Shown here: piece by piece, positions 61,260-64,000 of the stretch
How positions within the stretch are numbered: the first letter of the stretch is position 1
Layout of the letters: every line of letters begins with the position of its first letter
The notes under the pieces: generated by a model
What the model was told of the DNA's origin: nothing
Database searches by the model: none
What the model saw: only the letters and a program-made list of their open reading frames with translations
Assembly: GCA_951406725.2 (NCBI GenBank)
Contig: OX597814.1
Span: 5,456,001-5,520,000, forward strand
Origin: Octopus vulgaris
Taxonomy: Eukaryota
Direction: 5' to 3'
Length of the DNA stretch: 64,000 bases
Program-made: the position numbers and the translations under genes

Positions 61260-61495
61260 AACCAGTGGCATGGTTGTTAAGATCATGGGATACTAACCCC
61301 AAGATTCCAAGTTCAATTCCAGGCAGTAACCTGAATAATAATAAGAATAACAACATTGAAAAATACCTTAGGAATGAGAACCCAGGTTCAAAATTTCCCC
61401 AAGACACCTGATGAAAGCTGGAGGGTATATCAGCCGAAACATGTTAACAACAAACAAGATAAGGTCAAATATCCGTCAAATGTAAATAATGTACC
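61260..61495 (+). mobile_element. tRNA-headed SINE-like element containing a hammerhead-like core
   Basis: agtggcatggttgttaag...ccaagttcaattcc head; CTGATGA-agctg...cagcc-GAAACATGT at 61408-61444. Confidence 0.6.
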
Positions 61496-61496
61496 A

Positions 61497-61892
61497 GTCA
61501 TGGCTGTCAGACAATTTCTGCAACTACATCACCCCTAACATCTGGCCACCTAACACCCTAGACTGCAATCCCTGCACCATGATTATTATGTATGGAGCGC
61601 AATTGAGTGAGGAACCAACAAAACTCCTTGTAACACCAAAGATGAACTGAAGGCAAGGATTATGGCAGCATTGACCAACTTAAACAAGGAGACTGTCAAG
61701 AAGAGCTGCAGGAGATTCTGAAATTGTCTGGAGGCCGTGGTTGAAGCCAATGGTAATTTTAGTGAAGGAATTAACTCTTTAGTATTTCAATATATTTTTA
61801 TGTAATTTTGGTAAATATATCTGTTAAAATGAGATGTCAGTGTTATTTTCGTTTCTGTGTAATTTAGACAACAATTTATTCACCGCACCCTG
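61497..61892 (+). mobile_element. Tc1/mariner superfamily (maT/DD37D-like) 3' relic with right TIR
   Basis: WPPNTLDCNP..DYYVWSAIE; ends aatttattcaccgcaccCTG followed by TA. Confidence 0.75.
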
Positions 61893-61905
61893 TATGTATA
61901 TGTGA

Positions 61906-61958
<53 letters not shown>

Positions 61959-61961
61959 ATA

Positions 61962-63665
61962 TCATCATCGTCATCATAGTTTAATGTCTGCTTTCCATGC
62001 TAGCATGGGTTGAACGATTTGACTGAGGACTGGTGAACCAGATGGCTGCACCAGGCTCCAATCTGATCTGGCAGAGTTTCTACAGCTGGATGCCCTTCCA
62101 AACTCCAACCACTCTGAGAGTGTAGTGGGTGCTTTTACGTGCCACCGGCACGAGGGCCAGGCAGGCAGTACTGGCAACGGCCACACATAAATGGTGTTTT
62201 ATACATGCCACCTGCACAGGAGCCAGTCCAGCGGCACTGGCAACAACCTCACCCGAATGTTTTTTCACGTGCCACTGGCACAAGTACCAGTAAGTCAATG
62301 ATAGTAACGATCACATTCAAATAGTGATATTTACATGCCACCAGCACGGAAACCAGACAACTGCCTGGGCAATGATCATGCTCGGATGGTGCTGTTAGCG
62401 CACCACTGGCACGGGTGTTAGTCATCGAATTTGGTTCAATTATGATTTCGATTTTGCTTGCCCAAACAGGTCTTTGCAAGCAGAGTTTAGTGTCCAATGA
62501 AAGAAAAAGTACCAGTTATGTGGCACCAGTATCAACCATGACTAAGATTTCACTTAGCTTGATGGGTCTTCTCAAGCACAGCATATCACCAAAGGTCTCG
62601 ATCACTAGTCATTGCCTCCGTGAGGCCCAAAGTCCAAAGATTGTAATTCACCACCTCGTTCCATCTCTTCCTGGGTCTATCACTACCACAGGTTTCCTCT
62701 GCAGTCACAGCCCATGTTTCACTACCGTGAAGCATGGAAGTTCGCACACATGTGTCGTACAATCTACCTTTCACTCTGAGTGAGAGACCCTTTGTCACCT
62801 GTAGCAGTAGGAGCTCCATGAACTTTGACCAGGCTATTCTTATTCTAGTGGTAACACTTTCTGAGCATCCACCCCAGCTACTGACTTGGTCACCTAGGTA
62901 GCCAAAACAATCAACTACTTCTAGTTTCTCCCCCAGGAGTGTAATGGAATCTGTTTTCTGAGTATCAATAGTGTCTATTGCTCCTGTGCATCTGCTGCAC
63001 ATGGAAGCTATTGTAATGGAACTGGTTGTGTCTTTACACTGTTTGGGTGCAACACAATTTCCTTTCTTTTGTTTCAAGAAACTGCCAGTCAGGAACAAAA
63101 ATGCAACCTTAAGAATATATATGACCCTTTATTTTCTTATTTATAAAAGAAGAACTTTGGTATATTGGTATCCACTTGGTTCGATATAGCAAGGCTGAAT
63201 TTTAACATTTGTAAGATTCTTACTACAAATTCAGCAGCAACAGAGCAGGTCAAATCCTAAGCGTCTGGGACAGGAGAATGGCTGATCACACGTTTAACAC
63301 GTCCTTTCTCTTCAATAGCCGTGTCTCAAGTCAACGACGCTAACAAGGAACGCGAGAGAATTTTCTTCCCCAGTCTCTAGTACATGTGCATGAGGGAACT
63401 TCCTTAGGACTTTCCAGAAGGTTCCAGTCCCGCACACGCACACTGTAGAATGACGTCGCACACGCACACTGAAGAATTACGTGCCGCAAACGCACACTGA
63501 AGAATGACGTTGCATGTGCGCACACTGGAAAATGACGTCACTACACTATCTTCCAAGTCAATTTTCCTTTGATGGTGCTGCACCTCTTATGTATCCATAG
63601 CTTTCACTAGGAACATCTTATGGAGTTTCTACTGACACCTTTTCTACAGATCGAGCAGGGCAACC
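61962..63665 (-). mobile_element. degenerate RTE 3' part, interrupted at ~63003-63545
   Basis: [28 protein letters not shown]; PHD-coding remnant resumes at ~63550. Confidence 0.85.
63431..63541. repeat. ~28-bp minisatellite, 4 copies (cgcacactg(t/a)agaatgacgt...)
   Basis: direct inspection. Confidence 0.8.
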
Positions 63666-63684
63666 TACATTAAAGGGTGTGTGT

Positions 63685-64000
63685 TTTTATGAGTTTCATG
63701 TCATCTAAATGGCGAGATGAAAGGAACCGATGCTCTTTGGAATCGAAAACGAACCTCTCATATATTTAAACATAAAAGATAATTGATTGAAAAACATCAA
63801 AGATCATACAAATTTTCCGAAGGCAGCAAAAAGCCAAGGCAAAAAATAGTTTTAAAGGATTAGAATCTTTTGATCAAGGTAAAATCTTTCAGAGTTTTTT
63901 TGAGTTTCATGTCATCTAAATGGCGAGATTAAAGGAACCGATGCTCTTTGGAATCGAAAACGAACCTCTCATATATTTAAACATGAAAGATAATTGATTG
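63685..64000. repeat. ~211-bp tandem satellite-like repeat running off the window
   Basis: gagtttcatgtcatc recurs at 63691 and 63902. Confidence 0.88.

Noticed and set aside
63002-63556. Apparent imperfect TIRs around the insert
   Set aside because: The right-hand match (ctatcttcc) is part of the interrupted RTE itself.

Overview
Eukaryotic, AT-rich, repeat-dense animal genomic DNA. The SINE/RTE/Helitron content and the (TA)n/(TAT)n/(CAT)n microsatellites suggest a cephalopod such as Octopus (inference only). The one host gene I can support is the 3' part of a + strand macro-PARP (PARP14/15-like mono-ADP-ribosyltransferase). It has 9 phase-compatible GT-AG exons from 12453 to the stop at 60455, about 605 aa: macrodomain, acidic linker, KH-like region, WWE-like domain and an ART domain with an H-Y-I triad. 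A 31.5-kb intron splits the catalytic domain. The rest is mobile DNA: R4/Dong-like, RTE (two families, one with a PHD finger inside the RT), CR1 and Tx1/L1 LINEs, Penelope-like elements (PLE), Helitrons (one with a PIF1 helicase fragment), mariner/Tc1 relics, hAT and piggyBac MITEs with clean TSDs, and tRNA-derived SINEs. The most unusual signals are (i) several minimal hammerhead-ribozyme-like motifs, one inside a tRNA-headed SINE and one in a near-perfect palindromic element, and (ii) a 48.8-57.4 kb block where retroelements in (TA)n repeatedly carry inverted copies of their own 3' ends, including a CR1 with twin-priming geometry. Element boundaries are read by eye and are approximate unless a TSD or splice site is quoted.
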